From Leptolyngbyaceae cyanobacterium (GTDB lineage Bacteria > Cyanobacteriota > Cyanobacteriia > Phormidesmidales > Phormidesmidaceae), in the NCBI GenBank assembly GCA_965263355.1, contig CBDHHL010000032.1:1824001-1888000 (forward strand): a stretch of DNA of 64,000 nt. Direction: 5' to 3'. Under the pieces are notes generated by a model that saw nothing but the letters and a program-made list of their open reading frames with translations, had not been told where the DNA came from and did no database searches. Positions 1-9,809 of the stretch are shown in pieces. The position numbers and the translations under genes are program-made. How positions within the stretch are numbered: the first letter of the stretch is position 1; the number at the start of each line of letters is the position of its first letter.

Positions 1-619
1 AGAGTTTTTGGAAATAGTTAACTTCCTCAAACTGAGAATCAGTCGAGGGTTCGTCATAGCGATTATAGAAAAACCCCTGGTTGTCATGGCTCCAGGCAGC
101 TCCCGAGAATTTACTCCACTTTAGGTGGTCAATGGTATCTACCCCAGCCTCAATCTCTCGCACCTTCCACTCCAGCCAGTCTGACCCTGAACTTGACAGA
201 CTATAGGCCAGATAACGGCCATTTTCACTAACTGCAATATTTCTCAGAGCAACGGTACCGTCCTCTGACAGGGTGTTGGGGTCAAGCAACACCACCGGTT
301 CTGCCTCCAGGGAGGGTTGTGTGTAAAGTACTGCCTGGTTTTGTAAACCGTCATTTTTATAGTAAAAGTAACGCCCACCCCGCTTAAACGGCACACTATA
401 GCGCTCATAGTTCCACAGTTCCGTCAGCCGCTGTTTCAAAGGCTCAACCGCAGGTAGCTGACGCAAATATTCAAATGTAACCTCATTCTGTGCCTCAACC
501 CAGGCCTTAGTCTCGTCAGAATTCGGATCTTCAAGCCAACGGTAGGGATCGGCCACGACAGTGCCATGGTACGTATCGGTTTGATCGCAGCGGCGGGTTT
601 GGGGATATTGAAAGGGCAT
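1..619 (-). CDS. Prolyl oligopeptidase (S9A), N-terminal part; runs off the window start
   Basis: Manual translation from ATG at 619 gives MPFQYPQTRRCDQTDTYHGTVVADPYRWLEDPNSDETKAWVEAQN...NDGLQNQAVLY...LDPNTLSEDGT...SGSDW, the typical prolyl endopeptidase N-terminus. Not in the ORF track because there is no stop in the window. Confidence 0.9.
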   Translation of the reverse strand, partial: MPFQYPQTRRCDQTDTYHGTVVADPYRWLEDPNSDETKAWVEAQNEVTFEYLRQLPAVEPLKQRLTELWNYERYSVPFKRGGRYFYYKNDGLQNQAVLYTQPSLEAEPVVLLDPNTLSEDGTVALRNIAVSENGRYLAYSLSSSGSDWLEWKVREIEAGVDTIDHLKWSKFSGAAWSHDNQGFFYNRYDEPSTDSQFEEVNYFQKL

Positions 620-695
620 GGGGGACGAAGGTGAGGGGGGATTAGGCTTTCTTGGGGTAGTTTAGCGTTTTCAGGATGAATTGCGATCGCACCCC

Positions 696-2198
696 CTAAC
701 TTCCTACCCCCTGCATCAACGCTTTCAGTCGCTGCAAACGCCGCCGCAGTACCATGAGTAGAGCCGCTAAAACGATACCTTGTAAGGCTATCCCCAAACA
801 AACCGCCATGAAAAATCTAGCTTGAGAAACAGCATGAAATGGATAGCCAAAGAATGTGCGATAAGCCAACCAAACGGGATTTAGAGGAGTCCCATTCTGA
901 AAGATAAACAAAATACTCAACGGCACAATAATCAGCAGTAGTATGGTGCCTGCCGACCAAAGGGCTGGATTCCGCACCTGGGTGGTAAAGATAATTTGGG
1001 TTAGAGCAGCATAAATCAACCAACTTAAAACAACACTTATGGGGATTACTAACAAATGATCCAGGGGTAATACTGTCTGATCCTCCAGGAGTAACAATGG
1101 CACTATCAATAAACCGGCAATCAAAATATTGACCCCCACGGCGGTAAATGCTGGACTCTTATCAGCCCAAAGCCGGGTAGCTAGATTGGTTTTGGGATAA
1201 GTTAGCCAATCAAATAGCTGTTGACGGTGAGGCATCAGGGCCAATAATAACAACAGTATTAAGCCAAAATTGACCCCATACAGCACGATGGCACCGAGAA
1301 ATGATTCCCAATCTTGCGCAGCGTTCTGATGTTGGAAAAATCCCCAAATAAGTACGTTGATATAGGCCGTTAGCATATAGCTCAACCGTTTACTAATCAA
1401 TGTGGTTTTAGGCTGATGGAAGAGCCGCTCTAGCATGCACCACACTAAGCTAATCGTAATCAGCAGATTAACCAGAGTAAAGCCATAGGCCAAAAAGCTA
1501 TTGTCAATCAAATTGATATATAGCCACTGGACGGATGTAAATGGAGTGTCTCCATTAAACAGTCGGGAAACATCAGCCACGTTTCGCCAGCTAACCCCTA
1601 TATTCCAAAACATAAACATGGGGGCAAACAAAAATAGGCTAAGACCTGAAAAGGCAATGGCTGTAGACGTTTTCTGGGCCTGTAGCTTACGGGTGATGCC
1701 GGCTAAAAGCGCAAGGCTAAAACATAAACCTGTAGCCATTGCCAATAAGCTGTAATAGCTCAGAAGAAAGCTAAAGGGTATTTCTATTTGAATCAGCGAC
1801 AAAACATGCAAAGGAACGACTGAGAGGACAACCAGATAGGGGACAATGGGAACACCTAAGAGTTTTCCTAAGAGAATTTCTCTGGCAGGTCGTGGACTCA
1901 GGCGAATAAAATTCAGGGTGCCTTTCTTCTCTTCTTGGGCCAGGTCACTCACTATGTAGTAGCCGCCAATAATAAACAGAAAATAGGGAAGGGTCCAGGT
2001 AAAAAAGCGGGCAATATCAAGCCATGGGTTAGCAAATTCGGGAAACGTTTGAGCGTTTTGAAACGATAGGAAGCAAAGCAAGATTTGAAATATGGCCGAT
2101 ATGCCCAACGTCGCTATTACCGTCCGTGGTTTAAGATGGCCGCGACACTCTCGCAAAAATTGAGGATTCCAAATGCCAATTTGATTGATCCAGTTCAT
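696..2198 (-). CDS. ABC-2 type transporter permease (multi-TM membrane protein)
   Basis: Many hydrophobic segments; WNPQFLRE and EEKKGTLNFIRLSPRP motifs; directly downstream of an ABC ATPase. Start likely MNWINQ at 2198 (ORF track starts at 2255). Confidence 0.75.
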   Translation of the reverse strand: MNWINQIGIWNPQFLRECRGHLKPRTVIATLGISAIFQILLCFLSFQNAQTFPEFANPWLDIARFFTWTLPYFLFIIGGYYIVSDLAQEEKKGTLNFIRLSPRPAREILLGKLLGVPIVPYLVVLSVVPLHVLSLIQIEIPFSFLLSYYSLLAMATGLCFSLALLAGITRKLQAQKTSTAIAFSGLSLFLFAPMFMFWNIGVSWRNVADVSRLFNGDTPFTSVQWLYINLIDNSFLAYGFTLVNLLITISLVWCMLERLFHQPKTTLISKRLSYMLTAYINVLIWGFFQHQNAAQDWESFLGAIVLYGVNFGLILLLLLALMPHRQQLFDWLTYPKTNLATRLWADKSPAFTAVGVNILIAGLLIVPLLLLEDQTVLPLDHLLVIPISVVLSWLIYAALTQIIFTTQVRNPALWSAGTILLLIIVPLSILFIFQNGTPLNPVWLAYRTFFGYPFHAVSQARFFMAVCLGIALQGIVLAALLMVLRRRLQRLKALMQGVGS

Positions 2199-2269
2199 GG
2201 TGAGTGGGAAATGAGGGATAGGTTGTAGGGCGGGCATAGCCCACCATCCTGGCACCGTTGTGATTCACC

Positions 2270-3250
2270 CTAAGCAGTGCGTTGATGGCCAGAGCGAATA
2301 AAAATATCTTCCAGGGTCTCTTGGGTACGATAAAATTCTGTAATGGCAAAGCCTTCGGAGACTAACTGACGCAGCAGATCAGCAGCGGCCTGGGCATCCT
2401 GTGTAAATTGAATGGCTAGCTGATTGTTATCCAGTGGTTTTACAGGGATAGTTTGAGCATCCAGGTAGCGCGCCAGCCCATCAATATTTTCTACCACCGA
2501 AATCAGTAACTGTTGTGTGGCAGGTTCATACAAGCTATGTAATTGACCACTTTGGACCAGACGGCCCTGCTCCATAATACCAATGGCGGTACAAAAGTCT
2601 TCTAAATCACTGAGAATATGGGACGAAATTAAAATGGTAATTCCGTCTTGCTGCAGGGTTTTAATGGTTTGACGATACTCAATCCGGGCGATGGGGTCCA
2701 GGCCAGAAACGGGTTCATCTAAAAGTAATAGGGTGGGTTTATGCAGCACAGTACGAGCCAAGCTGAGTCGCTGTTTCATTCCCCGTGACAGTTTACTAAT
2801 CAGCGCCCGACGTTTGTTTTCTAAACTGACTAATGCCAATACGTCGGTAATGCGTTGCTGCAGTGCAGTTCCTTGAAGATAATACAGTTGGCCAAAGTAC
2901 TGTAGATATTCGTCAACGGTGAGATCGTCGTAGAGGGGGAAATCATCAGGGAGTAACCCCAGTTGATGCTTAATCTGAGCATTGGGATGGCCCCGCTTGA
3001 GGAGTTTGCCACCAATTAAAATTTCTCCGGTGGTTGGTTCCTCAGCCGTAGCCAGTAAACGAATCAGAGTTGTTTTACCCGCACCGTTAGGGCCAATCAG
3101 TCCATAAACTTCGCCAGCAGCAATAGCCAGGTCAACATTGTCAACGGCGACATGGCGATCAAACTGTTTTGTTAGCCCTCGGGTTTCTACCACGAGAGGT
3201 GGCGAAGCAGCAGGGGACGGGTCTTGAGATAGAGACAAAACTTCAGGCAT
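2270..3250 (-). CDS. ABC transporter ATP-binding protein (ABC-2/drug-export type)
   Basis: Walker A GPNGAGKTT, signature LSRGMKQR, Walker B LLLLDEP, H-loop SSH. Confidence 0.95.
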   Translation of the reverse strand: MPEVLSLSQDPSPAASPPLVVETRGLTKQFDRHVAVDNVDLAIAAGEVYGLIGPNGAGKTTLIRLLATAEEPTTGEILIGGKLLKRGHPNAQIKHQLGLLPDDFPLYDDLTVDEYLQYFGQLYYLQGTALQQRITDVLALVSLENKRRALISKLSRGMKQRLSLARTVLHKPTLLLLDEPVSGLDPIARIEYRQTIKTLQQDGITILISSHILSDLEDFCTAIGIMEQGRLVQSGQLHSLYEPATQQLLISVVENIDGLARYLDAQTIPVKPLDNNQLAIQFTQDAQAAADLLRQLVSEGFAITEFYRTQETLEDIFIRSGHQRTA

Positions 3251-3427
3251 ACCGTCACTGGATAAATAAAACTGAGCAGATTGCTGAACACATCGCTTTT
3301 GTAGCTTAAGGGGCCTAGCGATCGCAATTATCGTTAACTATGGGCACCGATCGATAAAATTAGCAGTCGTAGCATAGACTAAGACCTCGTTAGACAACAG
3401 GTGTTTACGGTTACATTTAGTAGCCGG

Positions 3428-4714
3428 TTAATGATTCGTTTCAATTCGGTTTAATGCATCGGCGGGTAGCGTCTCCAGAATCAGCTGGGCAAAGCGGCCA
3501 GCTGCCCCCGATGGACCACGCAGTTGACGGAGGGTTTTGCTCATGGCTTGCAGTTGTTCGGGATGATCGAGGTAAGTGGAGATGCGATCGCACACCTCTG
3601 CTGCCGTAATCCGTCCCAGCAGCTCCGGGACCACTTCCTGTCTGGCCCAAATATTCGGCCAGGCAAAACGCTTCTGATTTCGCTGGATATACTGAACAGC
3701 CACAGTATTGATCACTTTAGTGAGCGCAGTACCCACTATGGGTAGCTGACATAGTAACCCCCAAAAACCATCCCAGGTGCGCATAACATCTAGCTGCTGG
3801 GTGGGTAGCAGCACCACCATGGGGACAGCCAGGGAACCGAGCTGGGCGGTATTGGCCCCAACGGTGGTAACGCAGAGAGTGCAGCGTTTAAGCAAACCAT
3901 GGGCAGGAAAATCAGTCCACAGACTGACCTTGGGACCGTCTTTGATTTGGAAGTAGGGCAGGCCGTTATCGGGAGTGATCAGCTGGGCCTCGGGACCGTG
4001 CATCACGTCGACAGTGGCGTTTTGGTTGGGGTCGGCATATTTGGCCAGGATTTCTGGCGTGACGGTGGGGGCAACGGGGATGATGAATTCTATTTGGGGA
4101 TGGGTTTGGTGGAGATGGTGTGCGATCGCCAGGGACAACGGCACCCCCGGTCTCAACTTATCGGGCTTAGACCCCGGCAGCAGCCCAATCACCTGGGTAT
4201 CGGTGGCAAAGGGCAGCTCAGTACTGGCAACAGACTCCACATCCGCCATCAGGTCCCCTACCACCGTTAGTTTGGACTGATACTTAGCAGCAATGTTCTT
4301 TGTACTGTCCCCCTGCATCATGCCAAAGCTGTCCACCCAGTTCAGCCAGCGCGGTTCCCATTCAGCGTAGACTGTCGTGCGATAGCCCAAGCGCTTGGCC
4401 GCCCACACTGCATAGAGCTGGTCGCCACCGAGAAAGACCACCACACCCCGGCTATACCAGTTCCAGTTGTCGGCAGTGTTGCCCGATAAAAGAAATTTGA
4501 AAAAATCCCCTGGCCCTTGAACCCTATCTACTTCTGGATAGGACCTTAGGGAATCCGTTTCACCACCGGATGCATGGGGACAGGGGGACAGCATTACCGA
4601 TAAGCGCAGTTTGCTGTGGTCTGGCTCCTGTTTGCGGAGTTGCTGCACCACAGGTTTGACCCAGGTGGAGACCTCTCCGGGGCCGTTGGTCAAAATTAGG
4701 ACATCTACCGCCAT
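3428..4714 (-). CDS. Lipid-A-disaccharide synthase-like glycosyltransferase (cyanobacterial LpxB-related)
   Basis: ILTNGPGE N-terminus, VVGDLMAD, GLLPGSK, TVGANTAQL, PELLG motifs. Confidence 0.75.
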   Translation of the reverse strand: MAVDVLILTNGPGEVSTWVKPVVQQLRKQEPDHSKLRLSVMLSPCPHASGGETDSLRSYPEVDRVQGPGDFFKFLLSGNTADNWNWYSRGVVVFLGGDQLYAVWAAKRLGYRTTVYAEWEPRWLNWVDSFGMMQGDSTKNIAAKYQSKLTVVGDLMADVESVASTELPFATDTQVIGLLPGSKPDKLRPGVPLSLAIAHHLHQTHPQIEFIIPVAPTVTPEILAKYADPNQNATVDVMHGPEAQLITPDNGLPYFQIKDGPKVSLWTDFPAHGLLKRCTLCVTTVGANTAQLGSLAVPMVVLLPTQQLDVMRTWDGFWGLLCQLPIVGTALTKVINTVAVQYIQRNQKRFAWPNIWARQEVVPELLGRITAAEVCDRISTYLDHPEQLQAMSKTLRQLRGPSGAAGRFAQLILETLPADALNRIETNH

Positions 4715-4831
4715 TGGCTGATGGGGGCCCGAGATATTGTCATGGCTACAGTATCATGGGACCCCATACGGGGAATATAGCCGCATCGTGCCTGAGAGAC
4801 CTGTGAACGCTGTCTATTGGTTCATTTCTAC

Positions 4832-5152
4832 TTAGTTTGCGTTCCTTTGGCCTGTATTCCCTTGGCCTGTATCATCTTGGTCTCCATTCCCTTGGCCTGC
4901 GTTCCTTTGGTCTGTATCCCCCCCTTGGCCGGCATTCCTTTGGCCTGAGTTGGCTTGGCTTACCTCAATAGGGATATCCCTGGGCTGCATCACATATACA
5001 AAGCCATCAGCCATCGACGGGTCATCTTGGATAGTCTGAATTCGCAGACTATCATTAATTTGGGCAGTCGCCGCCGAATTACCAGCTGCTACAAGCAGTG
5101 AACCCACAACCAAAGCCCCTAGGGACTTAGACAAATAAGACACAGTTACCAT
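4832..5152 (-). CDS. Small secreted hypothetical protein with Gly/Gln/Asn-rich repetitive tail
   Basis: Signal-peptide-like N-terminus ending ATA-Q; C-terminal GQRNAGQG/DQRNAGQG/GQRNAN repeats. Confidence 0.55.
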   Translation of the reverse strand: MVTVSYLSKSLGALVVGSLLVAAGNSAATAQINDSLRIQTIQDDPSMADGFVYVMQPRDIPIEVSQANSGQRNAGQGGDTDQRNAGQGNGDQDDTGQGNTGQRNAN

Positions 5153-5333
5153 GATGATTAGAACCTAAGTTAGCGCAACATAAGAAACAAACGTTTAACC
5201 GGTTATCAAGAAGTATGACAGCCCGTATTACATAGCTCATGCTTGAGCCTTACCACATATTCACTTTTTCGTAATAACGAACAAGCTTCAGCCATAACCT
5301 TAGGACATTTCTGGGAAAGAAGCTACCAGTTAT

Positions 5334-5467
5334 CTAGTGCAGCGTCAAAGCTAAAAATTCGGGTTGGTTACTGATGAAGAGTGAAGGGTAAAGCATGACT
5401 CTTCATCCCTTTAGACTCTTTACTCTTTACAGTCTTACCCGAAATCTTAGGCTTGACAGACCACTAG
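5334..5467. mobile_element. MITE-like element with imperfect ~31-bp terminal inverted repeats
   Basis: Left end CTAGTGCAGCGTCAAAGCTAAAAATTCGGGT; right end reverse-complements to CTAGTGGTCTGTCAAGCCTAAGATTTCGGGT; short internal repeats. Confidence 0.6.
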
Positions 5468-5664
5468 GCCCCGTTCGGCCAAACTCACGTCGAAGCTAAA
5501 ACCCTAAAATTGGGGCTCGGTCGCTAGGGGTATGGTGTCAGCTTGTTGGGGCTGCCAATGCGGTACCGCCTAGTAATTTCCACATAGGTCGTTGCTTTGG
5601 TCATGCCTATTTCGCTCAAAAGCGTTAGTCTATAATCGTTAAATTTCACATTTGCATTGTCATC

Positions 5665-6468
5665 GTGACCCAGCCCGCCGCCCTCCGTGATTTGTTAACT
5701 GCTGTTGCCCAGGGGCAGATAAGCCCAGATACGGCCTTTGGTAAGCTCAAGCATCTGGACTATCAGCCCGTTGAGGACTTTGCCAAAATTGACCATCATC
5801 GGCAGCTCCGTACAGGGTTTCCAGAGGTAATCTGGGGTCAGGATAAGACAGTGGAGCAGCTGGTTAAAATTTTTCAGGCGATGGAGCTGGAAAATCCGGT
5901 CGTAATGGCAACGCGGATAGCCCCTGAAGTATACGGACAGCTACAAAAATTGTTGCCAAATTTACGGTATTACGAAACAGCTCGCATTTGTGCGTTGCAG
6001 CCGAATAGTGTGGCAACAGACTATCCAGGAACAATTGCCATTCTCACGGCGGGGACGGCGGATCTGCCGGTGGCGGCAGAAGCAGCGGTGACGCTAGAAC
6101 TATCTGGTTTTCAAGTGACGCGACTGTGGGACGTAGGCGTGGCAGGCATTCACCGACTGTTAAACAATCGAGCGGTGATTGATAATGCCGATGTGTTGAT
6201 TGTTGTTGCTGGTATGGAGGGGGCATTGCCCAGTGTTGTTGCTGGGTTGGCAGACTGTCCGGTGATTGCGGTGCCGACGAGTGTGGGCTATGGGGCTAGC
6301 TTTGGTGGCGTGTCGGCATTGTTGACAATGTTGAATTCTTGCGCAGCAGGGATTGGGGTGATGAATATTGACAACGGATTTGGGGCCGCGATTTTAGCCG
6401 GACAAATTATCAGAACAGCAGCCCGTTTAGGATCATCAAGGAATCAACAATCAAACATGATTTCTTAG
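5665..6468 (+). CDS. larB: LarB-family (PurE-like) protein, the cyanobacterial circadian phase modifier CpmA family
   Basis: FAKIDHHRQLRTGFPEVIWG, AGTADLPVA, DVGVAGIHRL, VAGMEGALPSVV, PTSVGYGA, NIDNGFGAA motifs. Confidence 0.9.
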   Translation: MTQPAALRDLLTAVAQGQISPDTAFGKLKHLDYQPVEDFAKIDHHRQLRTGFPEVIWGQDKTVEQLVKIFQAMELENPVVMATRIAPEVYGQLQKLLPNLRYYETARICALQPNSVATDYPGTIAILTAGTADLPVAAEAAVTLELSGFQVTRLWDVGVAGIHRLLNNRAVIDNADVLIVVAGMEGALPSVVAGLADCPVIAVPTSVGYGASFGGVSALLTMLNSCAAGIGVMNIDNGFGAAILAGQIIRTAARLGSSRNQQSNMIS

Positions 6469-6608
6469 AAAAGACGGTGCAACTGACCAAATAGCATTTT
6501 CTTTACTAAATTCACTACAGACTTTATTGTTGCTTTGCCTAGACCCCGTGGCAATACAGTTAAATATACTTACGGGACAGAACAGATGTGCTGACACACT
6601 GTTAAAGG

Positions 6609-6737
6609 CTATTGCCAAAGCTAAAAATTAGAGTATGTAGAGTATGCATCGAAGTAATCAGGGCATATGAGCTTTCCCTTTTCTTTTCTCCATTGCCCAA
6701 GTATTCACTAGAAAACGTAGCTTTGACAGACCACTAG
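6609..6737. mobile_element. Degenerate MITE related to 5334-5467
   Basis: Right end TTGACAGACCACTAG is shared with the end of the 5334-5467 element; left CAAAGCTAAAAATT matches its left end. Confidence 0.45.
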
Positions 6738-6963
6738 GTACTTAAGTCCTCATTAGTGGGTGACTATCTTGCTCAATTGCCAAGGATAAAAACATCCTTG
6801 AAAGCAATAGATTATCAGCGTGGACAGGCAAATACCTCAATGTATCTACTATCCAGATTAGGGCCTGTCTGTCTTTAACAGATTTTCCATAGCAAATACC
6901 CAGTCAGGTGATGTTAGTACGTCATCACAAGTGTTTTTAAAGTTTTTTACGGCAGGAGATTCT

Positions 6964-7842
6964 ATGAACCGATATTTAGGTAAACCCTCTTGGTTGTTGA
7001 TGGCTTCTGTAACATCAGGAGTGCTTGCGATCGCAACACCCAGTCAGGCCGCTAGTTTTGCATTTTCGGAAAGCTTATTAGAAGTTGTTTTTGGCCAAGA
7101 GTTCACGGGTAGCGAAGCAGATACGGATGCCGATACATTTGCCATTGCAGATGACGGTGACGTATCAGTGGACGCATTTGCAGACGCCACTATCTTTAAT
7201 GATGCCTCTGGGTTATCTACATGTCTATTTGGCTTAGGTGCTCCCGGTGCTTGCAATGTCGCTCTCAGCGAAGCAATTGGTGATGATGGCAACAACTATT
7301 TTGGCATCGGTGAGAGCACAGCCGAAGTCATTGGTGACTTCTTTGTAGCATCAGGCAACAACTTTAGTTTTGATTTCATTGCTTCACTACTGCTCGAAAC
7401 CAATATTGACCGTCCTGATGTGGAAAGTGCCCAGGCTACTGGAGAGGTCTCATTTGCAATCTTTGGAAGCAGCCAAGCAGAGTCTCTCTCACTTCTAGAT
7501 ACCTTCACACTAGCAGGACAGCTATCAACATTGAGTGAAGACGATAGCCTGACCGAGCCACAAACCAGTAACACATTCGCATTTAATACATTCATTAATA
7601 CCTCCTTTGGAGGACAAAATGAGTTTGTTGATGCTTTGGCGGAAGGCTCCTATAGCCGTACCTTTGACAGTGACACATACTTACAACTGGTGGAAGTAAA
7701 AACCAGTTCTGCTTGTGTAACGACAACGGATAGTGGCCAAAACTGTAACCAGTCAATTCCAGAACCCACTAGTCTACTAGCTTTAATTGCACCACTCTTA
7801 GGCCTAACTGGCATCTCTTTACAAAAAAGAACAAGTCGATAG
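6964..7842 (+). CDS. PEP-CTERM sorting-domain exoprotein, acidic and beta-strand-rich
   Basis: AGGAGA RBS before ATG 6964; signal peptide ending SQA-A; C-terminal IPEPTSLLALIAPLLGL plus basic KRTSR. Confidence 0.85.
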   Translation: MNRYLGKPSWLLMASVTSGVLAIATPSQAASFAFSESLLEVVFGQEFTGSEADTDADTFAIADDGDVSVDAFADATIFNDASGLSTCLFGLGAPGACNVALSEAIGDDGNNYFGIGESTAEVIGDFFVASGNNFSFDFIASLLLETNIDRPDVESAQATGEVSFAIFGSSQAESLSLLDTFTLAGQLSTLSEDDSLTEPQTSNTFAFNTFINTSFGGQNEFVDALAEGSYSRTFDSDTYLQLVEVKTSSACVTTTDSGQNCNQSIPEPTSLLALIAPLLGLTGISLQKRTSR

Positions 7843-7892
7843 TCTGAAAAGATTGCGTCTAAGGTCAGCATTTTCTCCTTCTAAGGCTATCT

Positions 7893-7935
7893 ACTGAAGC
7901 CTCCTTTGATATCCATCAAGGGAGGCTTCAGTTTT
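7893..7935 (+). terminator. Intrinsic terminator after the PEP-CTERM gene
   Basis: ACTGAAGCCTCCTTTGAT-ATCC-ATCAAGGGAGGCTTCAGT stem followed by TTT. Confidence 0.75.
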
Positions 7936-8106
7936 AATATCTTGTGTCAAGAGTAGGGGCTTGTGCCTGATTTTCTGTCGATCCCTTAGCTATCCCAAAT
8001 TCATCCAGAAATCTGCCAAAATGGCCACCCTCCTCCTAACGAATTGCCTATCTTTATCTCAAGAGCAACAAAAGTTGCTTAAAACACTTTCTAGGAGAGT
8101 TTCAAA

Positions 8107-8322
8107 ATGATTATCAACAATTTAAGCTATCTGGGCGACGTTGCTGACGATACAGCTATCTCTGGTGGTTACTATTACTACCATCCATATAATAGCGCGA
8201 ATGCAAGTGCTTCAGCTGTTGCTCTTGGCTACAATACCAACACCAACACCTATACAAGTGCATCAGTGATTCAAGGCTATCGCTCCTCATCTTATTCCAG
8301 TTCTAACGCCAGTACTAGCTAG
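8107..8322 (+). CDS. Double-glycine-leader secreted small protein 1 (71 aa)
   Basis: AGGAGA RBS; leader MIINNLSYLGDVADDTAISGG; paralogue of 8675-8896; near a C39 exporter. Confidence 0.85.
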   Translation: MIINNLSYLGDVADDTAISGGYYYYHPYNSANASASAVALGYNTNTNTYTSASVIQGYRSSSYSSSNASTS

Positions 8323-8425
8323 CCCACAGTCATAGGTAACATTAAATTCTTCAAGAATGGCTCAAGAGACCACGTATAAGTGGTCTTTCAGTCATTCTTC
8401 TATCTGAATTTCCTTAGAACATGGC

Positions 8426-8474
8426 CACTGAATTCCCGTTCAAGATCTTTATGATCCTGGACGGGAATTCAGTG
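8426..8474. repeat. Long inverted repeat/hairpin between peptide genes 1 and 2
   Basis: CACTGAATTCCCGT (8426-8439) and ACGGGAATTCAGTG (8461-8474) are perfect 14-bp arms, extendable with G-U pairs. Confidence 0.7.
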
Positions 8475-8674
8475 TTTAAATAGATAATAAAAAATAAAAT
8501 TCATCCAAGAATCTGCCAAAATAGCCACATTTCTCTTAGGAATTGATCAGTCAGCGAAATTCGAAATTCATCCAAGAATCTGCCAAAATGGCCACATTTC
8601 TCCTGATAAATTGCCTATCTTTATTTCAGGAGCAACAAAGAGTTGCTTAAAACACTTTCTAGGAGAGTTTCAAA

Positions 8675-8896
8675 ATGATTATCAACGATTTAAGCTATTT
8701 GGGCGATGCCACTAAAGATGCAGCTATCTCTGGTGGTCGTCGTTATTATTACTATCGTCCACGTAATAGCGCGAATGCAAGTGCTTCAGCCGTTGCTCTT
8801 GGCTACAATACTTACACTAGCACCTATACAAGTGCATCAGTGATTCAAGGCAATGGTTCCTCGTCTTCTTCCGGGTCTTACGCAAATGCTTCCTAA
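8675..8896 (+). CDS. Double-glycine-leader secreted small protein 2 (73 aa)
   Basis: AGGAGA RBS; leader MIINDLSYLGDATKDAAISGG; core NSANASASAVALGYNT shared with peptide 1. Confidence 0.85.
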   Translation: MIINDLSYLGDATKDAAISGGRRYYYYRPRNSANASASAVALGYNTYTSTYTSASVIQGNGSSSSSGSYANAS

Positions 8897-9070
8897 TCCA
8901 GGGTGTATGCTTGGAATGTAAATCCTCGAGAGTCGCTGAAAGAATGCTAAAAGTGCCCTTTCAGCGATTCTATTCTTACAGCTAAAAGATTTTAAGTGTG
9001 AGAGTAGATAAGTCCTTCTCGAGGAATTTGCACCTTGAGAAGGACTTATAATCCAACAAGGAGAAAAACA

Positions 9071-9331
9071 ATGAGTCAGTTAGTTATATCAGACCTTGAT
9101 CTTTTAGAAGATGTATCAAATCAACTCCACATTCATGGTGGTCATCTTAATGCTGTTTTGAGTGCCACTGTAACTGCCGATCTTGATGCAGGCTTGTATA
9201 CTCAAGGCAATTTAATAATAGGAGGCATAAGCTTCTATTATCATGGAAGCTTGGCTGGGGCAACAGCTGGTGCAGTGGCCTCTGGTGGGCGACGAGTTTC
9301 GGTTTCGGTTTCTGCCACTGCTCAGGCATGA
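9071..9331 (+). CDS. Double-glycine-leader secreted small protein 3 (86 aa)
   Basis: AAGGAG RBS before ATG 9071; leader MSQLVISDLDLLEDVSNQLHIHGG; Ala/Gly/Ser/Val-rich core ending VSVSVSATAQA. Confidence 0.8.
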   Translation: MSQLVISDLDLLEDVSNQLHIHGGHLNAVLSATVTADLDAGLYTQGNLIIGGISFYYHGSLAGATAGAVASGGRRVSVSVSATAQA

Positions 9332-9339
9332 AGCAAAAT

Positions 9340-9372
9340 GTGTCGATGTCGCCACAATAGCAACATCGACAC
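9340..9372. terminator. Hairpin between convergent peptide 3 and hetP-like genes
   Basis: GTGTCGATGT...ACATCGACAC inverted repeat. Confidence 0.55.
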
Positions 9373-9435
9373 TATACTTATCATCACAATCAAGAAAATT
9401 TTCCAATTACTTACCAGTTTATTCAATCTTCGATC

Positions 9436-9771
9436 CTAAGTTCTCCATCTAAGGGATGGTGATTTTGTTTTGTGGAACCATTTTTTCCGGCCTCCACTTA
9501 TGTTTGTTCGAGACGTATCAACTGTCTTTAAGTATTTAAGATCAGAGATTTTCCCAGAGATTTGACAACTATTAGAGTATTGCTTAATAGTAGAGGATTC
9601 TTTCAACAAACTCTCTTGGTGACGGTTTGCTTTCATCAAACGATGATAAGTTCGATAGGGCATATATTGAAGAGGGTTGTGGCCTTCACCACAGAGAAAT
9701 AAAATACAAGCCCAAGAATATTTGCCATCAAGAATTGCCTCAATGACTTCATCAAAGTATGCCTTATTCAT
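9436..9771 (-). CDS. hetP: HetP-family protein (copy 1)
   Basis: FDEVIEAILDGKYSWACILFL...GHNPLQYMPYRTYHRLMK matches the HetP family core motif. Confidence 0.85.
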   Translation of the reverse strand: MNKAYFDEVIEAILDGKYSWACILFLCGEGHNPLQYMPYRTYHRLMKANRHQESLLKESSTIKQYSNSCQISGKISDLKYLKTVDTSRTNISGGRKKWFHKTKSPSLRWRT

Positions 9772-9809
9772 TCGTTGTCTCCAGTGTGTGAGTAGTAAGT
9801 TTTAAGGGG

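Larger units (their letters stand above)
7997..8674 (+). repeat. Duplicated promoter/5'UTR block before peptides 1 and 2 (7997-8106 and 8564-8674) plus a partial third copy (8497-8535)
   Basis: AAATTCATCC..AATCTGCCAAAATGGCCAC...TTGCCTATCTTTAT...AGCAAC..GTTGCTTAAAACACTTTCTAGGAGAGTTTCAAA is nearly identical in both copies. Confidence 0.9.

Noticed and set aside
436..801. 121-aa minus-strand ORF and the many other short ORFs nested in longer genes
   Set aside because: Alternative-frame or antisense overlaps of well-supported genes (here the prolyl oligopeptidase and the permease).
8107..9331. Lanthipeptide or cyanobactin precursors
   Set aside because: The cores have no Cys and no modifying enzymes are in the window; modification in trans cannot be fully excluded.
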